A DNA stretch of 64,000 bases from Moniliella sp. 'wahieum' (taxonomy: Eukaryota). The DNA is taken from positions 1 through 64,000 of the forward strand of contig RSEE01000043.1 of NCBI GenBank assembly GCA_003971905.1, written 5' to 3'. Shown in pieces: positions 11,580 to 24,800 of this stretch. The notes beneath the pieces are model-generated. The model ran no database searches, was not told the origin of the DNA, and saw nothing but the letters and a program-made list of their open reading frames with translations. How positions within the stretch are numbered: the stretch's first letter is position 1; the number at the start of each line of letters is the position of its first letter. The translations under genes and the position numbers were made by a program.

Positions 11580-14500
11580 ATGAGCGCACTTCCAGGCCAC
11601 AGCGACCGCCCCGAGCCAGCAGCCAGCCCCCTCCCCCCCGACGACGACTTTGACGACGGCAACATTGCTGCTGCTCTCGACGACCACAAGCCCAAGCACA
11701 AGCCTAGCCCCACCCCCGATCACACACCTCAGTCTCAGCCCCAGCCCCCGCCTCTCGCAGCCCCCCTCGACCTTCCCGCCACAGCAACGGCTCCCGACGC
11801 ACCTGATCATCACGATATGGAAGAACCTCCTCCCGAGGACGAGGACGATGGCGATATTGGTCTTGTCGCATCCCCGCCATCGTCTCCACGACCACAACCC
11901 CCCACTCAGCCCGCTCCCTCGACCAAGATTAATCCTCAGTCCGTGCCTCCGTCTCCGCATCATTCCCAGATCGTGCGCCAGTCATCGCTCAAGGCCAAGG
12001 GGTTGGACGAAGAAGTTAACGACACATCACCCGCGGCGTCACGCACACCCTCGCCTGCACCCGCCCCTGCTCCTACTACATCTGGGGAAAGTTCTGCCTC
12101 TCCTTCTGAGCCTCTTGCTGAGCCTTCACCCCCCAACACCCCTTCGACTCCCGAAGAGTCACTCAAACCGCATGTTCCCAGTGGTGTCTCCCTCACCACC
12201 AGCCCGGCGGTCGAGGAAGATCATAAGGCTCAGCTTACCCCGGCGGTTGAGGAAGATCATAAGGCGGAGCCTACCCCTCGTGCGTCAAGGGAGTCGAATC
12301 GGTCCTCAACCACACCTCGTGGCTCAGTTGAAGACAAACCCTCTCTCCCTCAGAGCCGAGTTGTGGTTGTTGTGCCAGAACCGGAATCCACAGACCCCAA
12401 AGCTAAAGGAAAGGGGAAAGCCTCGCCTTCGAAGGGAGACAACACCACTAAGCGGGGTAAGAAGGACAAGGACAAGAGCAAGGAAGAGGAAGAGGAAGAG
12501 GAACGCAACCCTCTCAATTTGCGCGAAAGCGATCTGCTCCGGGTGAAGGCGCGGATGGAACGAGGCTGGGGTCGGGCTGCGTCGCCAGTAAAGGAGGAGG
12601 AAGAGGTGGACGTGATGGCCGACGATGACGACGGGTGGCAAGAGATGCCGGTAATGCGGACGATTAATGAGGAAACCGAGGCGTACAATGTCCTAGACGA
12701 GGAAGATCGTAAGCGGCTTCACTTTCGTGTGCCATCACCCGAGAGAGTTGCGGCCGCCGCGGCCGAATTGCCCCCCGCCCTTCCCGATCCCAAGCGAGGC
12801 CATGCTCGTATGGGTTCCAAAAGTAAGCGTCGTTCCCTGTTAGGCGCTGGGAATGCGACGGGACAAACGCTTGGCGTGTACGACGCTCGTGGATACGAGT
12901 GGCGGGCCCGGCCCGAGTCCGACTCGGAAGGGGCGGATGATGATGATGAGGATGCGCATCTGGATGAGATGGGGCCCGGACGTGGGTACACTCAAGTGCA
13001 TCTGGACGAGGACGAGGAGGCTGAGCAGCTGTATGCTGCGACCGAGTACCTCTTCTCCAATGTCGACCGCAACCCGTATTCGGAAAAGCCGGCGGTCGAT
13101 GCCGCTGCACAGATGAACACCGCCAAGGATTCCTGAGCGAGGGGCAACGAATTGCGTATGTAGGGTTGTGTGCGCTTCTCGCACGGCAAGTAAGTGAAAC
13201 CCCGCTGCTTGTCCCTCCACCCTCAGCGAAGAGCAAGAAACCTCCTCCGCCCGACTTGGGCAAACCCAACCGCGCGTTAGCCACAGCACTGGACAGCGGC
13301 CACGCGTGGATCACAGATGTGCTGGCCAAACTCTATCTTCATATGGATATTGCCCCCCTGAACAAACCATGATTGCGCAACTGGGTCAACATGGTGTGCT
13401 TCCCTCAGACCTGGCACCGACCCTGATCACAACCCAAACGATCGACAATCCCGACTTTGATCCGGACGCGCTTGCGGAGCGGGAAAAGGAGGAGGAAGAC
13501 CGGACGGAAGTGCAGGCTCTAAGCCAAGCCGTCGACGGGGCCCAGTCCACAACTCCATCCGCCGAGGAGCCCGACGAGGCCACGCTCGTTGGCGATCCTT
13601 CTCTCTCTACGGACCTACGTCTGAGCCAGGATGAGGAGACAGGGGTCAAACCGGCCTTGCTCGATCCCAACTCGGCGGCGCAGGGCAACATTGGGGAACT
13701 TCGTGGGCACACCGAGTGGGCAGTGCGCCACACACACAAGAACATGGCCCCTCTTCCCATGCATGGCGCGCCCAATGAGCCCGTGGGCCCCACCCCCGAC
13801 TCTGGGTCGGCTGATGCACCGGCCGCAGGCAATCAGCCCCCCCCCTCGGGCGTTGCTGGGGACGACAAAGGGACGCTGGCCACAGCCCCAACGGCCTTGG
13901 CGGGTGTCAGTACCGAGGTGACCTCTGCTGATCGAACCATCACGCTCGACCTGCGTTGGACCGTGCTGTGCGATCTGTTTTTGTTGGTCACGTTTGATGC
14001 GGACTACGATGCGCGGAGCCGAACATTACTGGAGCAGGTGGCGGCAGCGTTGGGGTTGAGCGCACTGGATGTGACCAAATTTGAGACGCGGATTGCAGAG
14101 ACGCTGGAGATTGATGATGGCGCTGCTCGTCATTTGCGCTTGCGCGACCGGCAAGCGATCCAGAAACGCGCCGCTGCGGCCAAGCGGCGGCGGTTGCTCA
14201 TGATGGGCCTGGCTACCATTGGCGGCGGCGTGGTGTTAGGGCTGAGTGCTGGGCTGCTGGCGCCCATCATTGGGGTTGGGTTGGGCGCTGCGTTCAGTAC
14301 GATTGGTATTGGGGGCACGTCAGCATTTTTTGGTGGCGCAGGCGGTGCGGCAGTCATCACCACCACCGCCACCCTTGCTGGTGGCGGCATGGCAGGCAAC
14401 AGTATGGGTCGTCGAACGCGCGCGGTCAAGGTGTTCGAGTTCAAACCGGTTCACAGTAACAATCGCTTTCGCTGCATTCTCGGCATTCCTGGGTACGTTT

Positions 14501-16478
14501 TCCCCTTCCAGCCTTCTATTTTGATGTGCACCCGAGCTAATCATTGATGAACAGGTTTATGAACGGTGCCCAAGATGATCCCCGTCTCCCCTTTAGTACG
14601 GTGGATAGCATGATGGGCGACCTGTTCAGTGTGCTGTGGGAGCCGGATTTGATGCGCGAGATGGGTGCAGCGATGGGCATCTTGTGGAACGAAACGGTTG
14701 CTGCTGGAATTCAACAGCTGTTAGCGGCCACCGTGGCAGGCAGCTTGATTGGTGCGTTGACCTGGCCTTTGTGGCTCAGCAAGCTGTCGTACTTGATTGA
14801 CAATCCTTGGTCCAACTCGCTCGACCGCGCCAAGGCAGCGGGGCTGATCCTGGCGGATGTGATCGTGCATCGCCAGATGGGCTCGCGGCCGTTGACATTG
14901 GTTGCGTTTAGCCTGGGCGCCCGTGTCATTTTCTATGCGTTGCGAGAACTGTATCGGATAAACGGGTTTGGGCTGGTACAGGATGTCTACCTTGTCGGGG
15001 CTCCCGTGACGGCGAGCGACAAGGTGTGGCGCCAAGTGCGCTCCGTTGTCGCTGGCCGGTTTGTCAATGGCTATTCTAAGACCGATTGGATCTTGGGCTA
15101 CCTGCACCGTGCCACTTCGGGCGGTTTGGCGTCCGTCGCCGGCTTGCACCCCATCACCGGCGCACCTGCCGTGGACAATGTGGACCTGACGCAAATCGTG
15201 CCGGGTCACTTGGCATACCGAGCCTTAATGCCACTGGTCCTGGGCGAGCTGGGCTTCCGCACCACGGCCGATTACTTTGACGAGCCCGAAGATCTGTCCA
15301 AGATTCCAGAGAGGGAGGTACGACCGATGACAGAGGAAGAGCTGCGGGGAGCGGTGCATGAGTTAAACTATGCCTCGGCCGGGGACGAGGAGAAGATTGC
15401 CACGGCGATTGCAGCGGCACAGGCGGCCAAGGGGCCGCCACCACCGCCGACCAAGACGAATGCGTTTGCCAACTTTTTCAAGCGAAGCAGCAAAAAGTCC
15501 TCGACCCCAGCGGCTACGCCCACTCGGCCAAACGGGGTGGCTAGCCCCCCACGGAAAGCCAAGGCAGCGGCGGCAAGCGCACCGGATTATGATTACGATG
15601 AGGACGTGGATGTGGAGGGCGAAGTGCGGGAGGACGATGGCCCACTGGAGCCGGAAGAGAAGCACGACACGCCTTCCTCTTCCCGCACATCCCTCACCTT
15701 GGTGGGCCCGAGCCAGGCTCGGTTCGATCCCGACGCCATTCTGGCCGAACTGCGCAGTGCTGGGATCGAGGTCAAGGAGTTGCCGTCCAACATGCCTATT
15801 CCCAAGTCAGCCCGCCCGCGGCGCGGACAAACAGTGTACCGGCCCCCGTCGCCACGTCACCTTCGACATCCACCTTGTCGCTGGCCGCCTCTACCGCCTC
15901 GGCTCCTGTCTCCACTACCCTGACCGATGGCGCAAAGCGAAAGACCTACACCGAATCCAACTTATCCTCAGTCTGGGGCGAGGCGGACCTTGCTGCGCCC
16001 GTCAGCGCGTATGGCTCTACCACCCGTCTTTCCGCACTGGCGCCCGAGGTGAGGAGAGAAAGTTCCGGTGGCGGTCTGGGCGCTTGGGGGGAATCCAGCA
16101 CGCACCTACCTTCTCTCCCTGCCGTATCCAACGTTCGTTCGGGTCGGTGGGGGAAGCCGAGACCAGCGAGGGGGCGGAACTATCGCACGGACTCGCTTCG
16201 CCCCCCTCTGTACCCCGTCTTCCTCCCTCCTCACCTGTCGGACTGCGCAGCCTCTCCCTCGTCCCCCCCGCTAGCACCGCTAGCACCGCTAGTACCACCA
16301 ACCTCGCTTCCCCGCGCTGGGGACTGCGACCGCCACTGGTTCCTCCGCCCCGGGCGTCGCACTGCCCCTCGACTTGGACCTCCCCTTGCCCCCGCCCCCG
16401 GCCACACCGACGCTCACGTTTGGCGCGCAGGATGGCGAGATCACATTGCAAGAGGATGAGAATCCGTGGGGGTCGTGA
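11580..16478 (+). CDS. DUF726 / Mil1 / TMCO4-like membrane alpha/beta-hydrolase-fold protein with long acidic, Pro-rich N-terminus; intron near 14493-14554; indels
   Basis: LDLRWTVLCDLFL...YDARSR, MMGLATIGGGVVLGLSAGLLAP, YLIDNPWSNSLDRAKAAGLILAD, RPLTLVAFSLGARVIF, VVAGRFVNGYS..DWILGYL, VPGHLAYR; ends ENPWGS*. Confidence 0.88.
12204..12270 (+). repeat. In-frame 36-bp duplication (PAVEEDHKA x2) in the DUF726 gene
   Basis: ccggcggtcgaggaagatcataaggc followed 36 bp later by ccggcggttgaggaagatcataaggc. Confidence 0.8.
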
Positions 16479-16569
16479 CGGCTTGCGCACAGCGCCCAGA
16501 GCATGCATGCGGCGTGAGGGGACGGAGGAGGACCTCGATTGGCAGTTGCTGGAGGGTTCGGCTGTAGCG

Positions 16570-16612
16570 TACCCTACCGTACCCTACCTACCTACCTAGC
16601 TACCTACCTACT
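16570..16612. repeat. (CCTA)n / TACC microsatellite in the 3' region of the DUF726 gene
   Basis: taccctaccgtaccctacctacctacctagctacctacctac. Confidence 0.7.
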
Positions 16613-17184
16613 TTCTTCTCATTCCCATCGAATCAATTGTGCTACCCATCTATCAAGTCACGGTGCAGCGTCCGGGCCAATAGGCCCAGGCGCGTTTTTA
16701 GGTCGCAGCGTAGCGCAATGAGATGCATTCATCCGTCGCTCCTCGTTTCGCCTCCTCTCACCTCACACGGTCGGTTTGTTGGTGGTCGAGTACCGTGGAG
16801 CCTAAGCTAGTGATCAGTAGCTGGACGTTCAACCAGGGCAGAGCGGATGAGAGTGAGGTAGGAGCCTCTACCTGCCCAAACCAGTACCAGAGGATTAGAG
16901 AAAGGAGCCTATCAAGCCAAGAACCAAGCTTCGACCGATCAAAGAGCAAATAAGGCCTAGGGGCCGACATGGTATAGAATTGTTCGTGCGGATGAAGACA
17001 GGGATGGGTCAGACAGCGTTCTCAAAACAGATGCGCAAGATGAGGAAATGCGAGCAACGAAGGAAGAAGTGTGTTGGTGTGTGTGGAATGGGGGGGGGGG
17101 GTGACAAGAACGCCAATTATAATAGGTAACATGTAAATGGAAAGCCAGAAGGGAAGGGAAGGTGCACCCCACCACATCCGTCAC

Positions 17185-18897
17185 CTACACGCTTGACACC
17201 GGGACGGCTTGCGGTGCCATGCCGAACGTCGGTGTAGGTACGTTGAGCAGGGCCTGGAGCTGAGCTTGGGCTGCGGCCTGCGCTTGCAGTTGCGCTTGCG
17301 CTTGAACATGTGCTTGAACTTGGGCTTGGATCTGGGCCTGGGCAAGGAGTTGAGTCTGGAGCTGGGTCTGGAGCTGGGTCTGGAGCTGAGCCTGAAGCTG
17401 AGCCTGGAGTTGAGCCTGCAACTGGGCCTGCAACTGGGCTTGGAGCTGAGCCTTGGCTTGGGTTTCAAGCTGCATGCGCATCTGCTTCTCGACTTTGGCC
17501 TGGGCGCAGGCCAAGCTATGCGCATACGCCTGGACCGACGTCGTGGCCAACATGTCTGGGTGCGCCGGTAAACTCGCTTGGGCCTTGGTAAGGGTCTGCA
17601 GCCAACGTGCCAGCAGCTGCGGTGGCACCAGCTGTTCGCTGCTGCTGGCCTGCGCGGGCGACCAGGTGGGCCCAGGGGTGGCGGTGGGATACTGCGGTGC
17701 GCCCGTGGGAGGCGTGTAAGTAAATCCCGACGACGGTACCAAAGGCACCGACGAGGCTACCGCCGGAGCTGGCGCCGCTTTCTGTGCCGGGAGCTGTGCA
17801 AAGGGCGATGTTGGTGGAGTGGGCAGCGCGTAGCTCGTAAACGGCGCAGTGGGAGGGAGGGGCGAGCCGTTCTCTACCAAAGGCGCGGCAGGTGGTGTAG
17901 GAGTCACCGCTGCGGGGGCCGAAGTCAAGCCGTCCTGTGGCGATCGACGGGGGCAAGCACGGGCAAGCTGAACCATTCGGGTCATCTCGCGTGACCGGAA
18001 GGCGAGCAACGCCTCGGACCGTGCCTTGAACTGCCTCAGCTCGTCGGGGCTGACAAGAATGGAGTAACCGAGACCGCGCCAAAATGCCAGCTCCATCTGA
18101 GTTACTGTGCGAGGGGAAGGAAGCTGGGCCAAGGAAGCCCACGTCTTGGCTGTATACGTGTGGTCCTCGAGCAGCTTATTGGCCAAAATCAGAGCAGACA
18201 CCGAGACACGGTACTCGACACCAACCACACGTCGGCTGTAATGTGGGGCTGGCGGCACTTGAAGCGGTACACGAGTACCCTGGCAAAGACAAACAGGCAA
18301 TGCACGTCAGCATACATCAAAACGCGGCCCACAGCAACAGGAGGGGTGGGGGGGAAGAACGTACAAGGCTGTGTATAAGGTCTCGGTCGTTGCACGGAGC
18401 GATCGAATCAGGTCGCGGACACAAGCGACAAAGGCCGTTCTTGGCTGAAAGCGGCGCAAGACTGCGCGCACCTCCGGGGCTGCGCAGCCACGACAGGCGA
18501 GATTGGTTCGGTGGCAACAAGAGGGGGGATGGCGCATGGGTGAGCGGGGCGAAGGTGGAGCTGGGCTCGGCGGAGAGAGGGAGCTGGGCAGGGGCGGGGG
18601 TGAACCAAAGAAAGCAGACCAATTCGCAAAACCATTGAGCGAGCTGGGTGGAGGTCTGGGATGGCCGTGTGGGGCGGAAGCGCTTGGATGGCGGGGCGAG
18701 CCCGTTGGGCCATTGGGAGACGGGGCGGGGGGCAGGGGGTGGGGCGTGGACGGTGGCGGTAGGAGCAGCCGGGGGGGCAGAGGTAGAAACAGAGGGGGAA
18801 AGGAGGGGGAGGAGTAGGCGGGGCGCGTCCGCCTGCCCAGCAGGCTGGAAATAGTGCCGGGTGCGCAGGACGAGGAGCGGGAGCGGGGCGCAGTCAT
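17185..18897 (-). CDS. Pho85-type cyclin (Clg1/Pcl-like) with Gln/Ala-rich C-terminal tail; intron near 18282-18360; indels
   Basis: AFVACVRDLIRSLRATTETLYTALY, ALILANKLLEDHTYTAKTWA, TQMELAFWRGLGYSILVSPDELRQF (cyclin box of the Pho80/Pcl class). Confidence 0.8.
17270..17465 (-). repeat. 12-bp coding repeat encoding (Q-A/T-Q-L)n
   Basis: AQLQAQLQAQLQAQLQAQLQAQLQTQLQTQLQTQL in ORF 17185..18300. Confidence 0.9.
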
Positions 18898-21800
18898 GAT
18901 GGGCGGGGGCGGAGGGAGGCGGAGACCGAGTACGAAGAGGACGAGGGCAAGGAAGAGGAAGTGGAGGAAGAGAAAGAGAAGAGGAAGGCGGTGGTGGGAA
19001 AGATGCTACGGCTGTCCTACTGTATTATACCAGATCGCCACGCCGTCGGCCGTCTGCAAGGGGACAGAGTGTGCCAGGGTGCCGCAGGGTGCAGTGATCA
19101 TGCATCATGCATGGCGCACCATGCGTCATCCACTGGCTGGCTGCGGAGGTGCGTGCGGCGTGGCAGTGCGAAGCGGAGCGCCGACGCAGCGCAGGAGAGC
19201 GCAGGAGAGCGCAAGCGAGCGCAGGGCAGCGCAGCACACTGCGCAGCGGGTCACCGATCGCCGAGCACAGGTGGCCTGCACAGGTCAGAATGCAGAATGC
19301 AGAATGCCGGCCATACGCCATGGCGGCGCGGGGGCGCAGTGGCGTGCAGGGGCAGGAGAGCGCAGGAGAGCGCAGGCCCCGCGCGGCGCCAGTGGAGCGA
19401 CGAGACGTGTGGGCCGCGGGGCAACCAAATCCATTCTGCCCATTCGACGAACGACGGTGCATGCATCATACATCATGCATCACGCATCACGCATCATGCA
19501 TCGCCGCGCAGTTCTGACTTGGCAAATTCACCGCGCATTCGCTTGATTAGCTTGATTAGGTCGTCAGTTCTTGCGCTTCCACGAGTCTACATCACCGATT
19601 GGCGTTCGATAGCACGGCGGCACTCTGCCTGCACGCCGCACCCTCTCGCCCAGCCTGCCGACGGCGTGGCTCCCCAGCGGGCGCTTCTAATCACCTCACC
19701 AGCCACGCCACAGGCCCGCCAGGCGCCCGCCTCCCGCCCACTGGTCCCACTCGCCCCTCCCATCCCACATCCGCGCCATATGCGTCCCCCGCTTCCTGCC
19801 GCCTTGCCACCCGCCCCGCGCGGCACAGCGCCCGTGCTGCCGTCCGCTGCCGAATCCGGATTGCGCTCCGCCGCCTCAGCGTCACGCGTCCCGCGTCCCT
19901 CGTCACTCGCGTCACCACCACTGAGCATGTGCATATCAACCGCTGGGGCTGGGGACAGCTGTAAATTACACGCCTGGCCCAGGTCATCGATCCGGTCCTC
20001 GGCAATCGAGAATCCTCTGACATCGCACCTCTGACTGGGTCTGGCGAGTCGACCAAACGGCGAGTGCCCTCCCTCCTAAGACCGTCGAGGACGGTCCGTT
20101 TCCATCGGGGTCCGGTTGTGTCACGCCTCACGCGTGCCGCTTCCTCGTCTGCATCATCAATCTTTTTGAGCGCGGTGTGTCACCGGCACCACGCTGAGCA
20201 GCATGTAAAGCTTGTAAAGGTCAGCCAGTCATAAGTTTCTCAGCCTCTCAGTCGAGCGCATGTCATGCGTTCCTCGATCATTGATCGGCCCAACGCCCAT
20301 CGTTCGTCGGAGCGTCAATAACACGTCAGCGTCTAGCTGCGGTCGCTGGGCGAAGAGCACGAACGGCACATAGATATTAGATCCTCTTCAGGCTGTGGCG
20401 GAGCGACAATCGACGCCCGCATGAGGCCCGACGACACAAGCGCCGTTCTGCCAAGAACAAAGCCTGCCAGTGTATCATGTAGCAACTAGCGCAGCACGTA
20501 GCACATACTAGCACACCGCGAGGGTGCATGTGCCTGTAACAGTAACACGATCACAAAAGGTGCCTATAGTGGAGCAGAGCATACCAAAGAAACTAAGGGA
20601 AAAGAGAAATGGCGTCGTTCCCCACAGTGCTCTCGGAGCTTCGTTGTTTTTGTCTGGCTAGTCTCAGGAAGGCGCTCCCCCGGAGCGGCTCCGCGGCTCA
20701 GCGCCAGCCCTGCTGAGCCTCGGCCTCTCCGGGCCTCGACAAACTGAACATGAGCCCGTAATGAAAGGCCGCGGTGTTACAATGCGATGCATGAGCATGA
20801 TGCATGACACGGGCCAGCCGCCTTCTGTTGTTTATCACATCTTGCGTCTTACATTCATTACAGCTTTACGCCATTGAATTTCCAGCTTAAGGCCGTGGGT
20901 CATACCAATTACTAGTTACTGCTCCCGCCCACCTTTGCGGTGCACGACGCCATAATAAGAGGATGGAATGGTGTGTGCGCTGACCCGCTGGTGGCGGCCG
21001 CGGCGTCGCCTGGCGTAGCCGCCGAGCCATAGGCCGATTCAAGCCGAGCGTTGAACCTCAGCTTCAGCCTCAGCGGCTGAGTGCTGGCCTGCGCCGGCGT
21101 GTGACATGGGACGCGTGACGCGCTGACTGAGGTAGCACCCACACGGGCGCACTAGGGCGGGGCGAAATGTCAAACGCGTCCAACTGAACCCACGCCACGC
21201 CAGGTCCCGCTGTGTGAGATCTGAGTCACCTCTGAATTTGAGAGAGCCAGCATGCAACAGAAGGCTGGCCGCGGAGCTGGGCAGGCTGGGCAGTGGCTGG
21301 GCAGGCGCGAGAGGGTTGGGCGCTGGATTGCGGGGCCAGGGAAAAGAGCGGGATGGAAATTCAATTTGGGTTGCCGGGGATCCCGCCTTAGTTACCGGTT
21401 ACTGGTTATGTGGTAAGCACCGAGTATGAAATGTCCCGCCGCCACACCCACACCCCACCAAAGCCGAGCGGCGGAGTAAGGAGCAAAGGAGCAGGCAAAT
21501 GCAGCTTACATCCGTCGTATGCTGCGCAGCAGGAAGGAAAAGCAGCGCTCCCCTACACTTGCCCTCTGCTCGGGTGGGTTGCAGACGAGGCAGCCAACGG
21601 CATGAATCATGAATCTTGCGTGCACGTGGGAAAGGTGATGCAGACGTGGGACTATCGACTATCGGTTGTCCCATGTCCTGGGCGCATGGTAGGGCAAATG
21701 AAGCTCATCAAGCTTCAAGCTTCAACGTGGTCGAGGGGTCGGCCGGTGCATGGTGCGACAGCACGCTAGCCCCAAGGCAGGCACAGAGCACTCGGCACGA

Positions 21801-24800
21801 GCTGGGCCCTGCCTGGCCTACCTAGGCCTAAGCGATGTCCATGGACATGGTACACAACACTCGGCCACTGCCACCCAATGCGACACGGCCAGGAACGAGG
21901 CGGGCACACTGGCCCTGTGCCCGACGTGATCCAAACCCCGCTGCCTGTTGTCAGATCTCAATCGCACCAGGGACGAAGAAACTTGCCGTCCCTACCGCCC
22001 CCCTTGCTCCACCCAACAAAAAGAAGCCGGGTCGTCCGAGCACCACGCAGGAGAGCGCGGTACACATTACTGCCGCGGGCCAGGTACAGCCTCCCAGTCC
22101 CCGCTGCCCGCCCGAGGCTGAGTAGCTGGCAGAGCTTGCCGCTTCAACACCCAACGCCCAACATGCAACGCACGTACGAACGTCAACGTGTCAACATTCA
22201 ACGTATTCACCCCTTCACATGTACACGTGGTTGCCCAGCGGCCAGGCAAATACTTTGGCGTCAGGGCCTCAGGCCTTAGCCCCTCAGCACCGCAACGTTC
22301 AACACGTTCAACCTTGAAAGCCTTAGGCACCTCTCTCGTGCATCATGCAGCTTGAGTCGTTGAACCTGTCAGCGCGCCGGGCCTGAGATCTGGAACGGCC
22401 GCCTGTAGTGCGGAGCTTGTCTACTAATCTTAATCACAGGCCCACACAGGGCCAACCATCCAGCCACGCTTGTCCACAGCCAGTTCCTAGTTACTAGTAT
22501 ACCCTTTAGCTTCATTAGCTTCACTAGTAGTGACACAAATCCAATCCATTCCCCTCGCTCGCCCCTGGAGGGGAGGCAACCTGACGCGCGCGCCTGGCGC
22601 AGCAAGACGCAGCCAAATACAACAACTCCATATCGACCTAATAGCATTGGTGTATGTATGGTGATCGGGTGGCCGGCGACGCGGCGATGGGGGGCCGCTC
22701 ACGGTGATCTGCAACACCCCCCTGTTCACTGTTGAACCGTTCACAGCCGTTCACAACGTTCACAGCGTGCTGAGTGTGCTCGCTGAACAAGCTCTCAGCG
22801 CTCAGCTGAGCGCTGGATCGCTGAACGTTCCATCGAATGCGTTGAGACGGTTGAGCTTCAAGCTTCACGAGTTGTCTATAGTGGGATCTGGGAGTCCATG
22901 CGATCTTCAAGCTCCAGTCTTAGTTACTCTAAATATCCACATCAACGTTCGACAAGGCGATCAAAAACAAAGCAAAACGGAAGGGGTGGCGGTGAAGACA
23001 AAGGGAGAAGACGTGCGACATGGGAAGAAGAAGATATGCGGCGGGCTCTGTACGCGCGCACGCGCACGCGCGAGTGGCTTGGCTCTAGCTATACCATCAC
23101 ATCTCGACAATCGATCAGTATGTCACGCATCGCATGCAGACTCCATGGCAACAGGAACTTCGAGCTTGAGAAGAATTGTGGGAACGTTGTCGTTACCAGG
23201 GGGCCAAGAGCGAGGGGCAAGGGGGCAAAACCTCGCGCGTGCGAAGGCAGGAGCGCTTCAGCCGAAGAGCGCCCGAGAAACTAAGTCTGGATGTGGAAAG
23301 TGGAGTCGGCGGGTTACGCCGGTTACGCGTTAGGCCATAAAGTTTCACTGTGGATGCGCGCGGGGCTAGTGGAGCTTCCAACTGGAGGGGAGCGCGGAGA
23401 GTCCGCGGGGGCGTCAGCGAGGGCGATGCTGATGCGCTGAAGCCTATTGCCTCCATTGAACATTGCGGAGAGGAATTTCGAGCGTGTAAAAGACCCACAG
23501 AGTTTTTGGAGTCGCGCGAGCAGGCTCCGCGGGAGGGCAGTACTAGTGACGGCCATAGTATTGCTACTAGGTTGCCACTGGGCAAAAATTAAGTCCCTGA
23601 TGGCGAACGACAGGGTGTGAATCGTTGCCCCTTAACGCTAGCTTAACGATTCCTTTGGACCTGGGCGCATTGTTGGGAGAGATGGAGATGCACACGGAGA
23701 ATGCCTTGTTAAGATAATCGATCGGTAGGCCAGATGGCCAGATGGCCAGATGCAGCTCACATCGGCTCAATTACATGTATCGTTGTGGAACAAAAGGAGC
23801 GCAAGGAAACACCTTTGTAAGTCCTTTTCACTTTCCACAGCATCCCGACGAGGACTGGTGGTGATGCTTGTACGACCCACCATCCTTGAAACACATTGCA
23901 CGGCTAACAACAGATCTGGGAGCCGCCCCACCATTGAGCACAGTCTCGCCTCGGTCGTGGATGAATTGATGGGATTTTCACCGTACTGGATTGCTAAGGG
24001 CAACAAAATCCGACATGAACTGGAGCGAGGGAGAGAGTATTAGTGTCTCTCTCCGCTTTCGCCTCTATTACATTTCCCCAATCGCCTCGTACTAGGGTAA
24101 CAACACAGGTATATTAGTTGGATGCCCCACAGTATATACTAGCTGAACCTACTTAACCGTGGGAAACGCCGTATTCAATAGGCAATGTACTATAGTAGGT
24201 CCAACCATGCCGACCTCTACGTGTACGAGGTCCATAGGAGAGTATATGGAGAGAGTTACCGCCATGATAAACGACCCGGGGCCTAATATCCTCCAACCTA
24301 TGTGTGGCACCCGCTCGCCACAAACTTCGCATCTACCTGGACATACGACCGTGAGGCATCTCGGAAACTATACTATCGATACGCACCCCGTACTCGACTA
24401 TCTCCACTATTGCTCCCAACTTTTTGTGCGTAGGAATCGACACTCCTCCGGGCAAACATTGGCAATGTGGAATATCATCTCGCTATGCAAGACGACGGGT
24501 GTCTAGGCCACAGCTTTTTGCTTCTCCCTACAGCAAAACCTACCGTTCTGATAACCACACTCGCCTGACGGAGGAAATAGCGATCTTGACCAATGTAGGG
24601 GAACCTATAAACGCATAGGCAGTGTCACCTGGTGCGTTTCTACTCTAGTTTTACATAGGTTTCTCTTCCAGATGTACCTGACCCCCCACCCATATGTTTT
24701 TCCTCGGGATCTATACATGCCTTCGCACATATAAACAACTCCAACGCAGCTAGCCCTTTCGCATGGACCCGGCTCTCCACACCACACCACAGGGCGACTT

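Noticed and set aside
18961..20034. 357-aa and neighbouring ORFs in the cyclin upstream region
   Set aside because: Arg/Ala/Pro-rich translations running through promoter repeats; typical spurious ORFs in GC-rich DNA.
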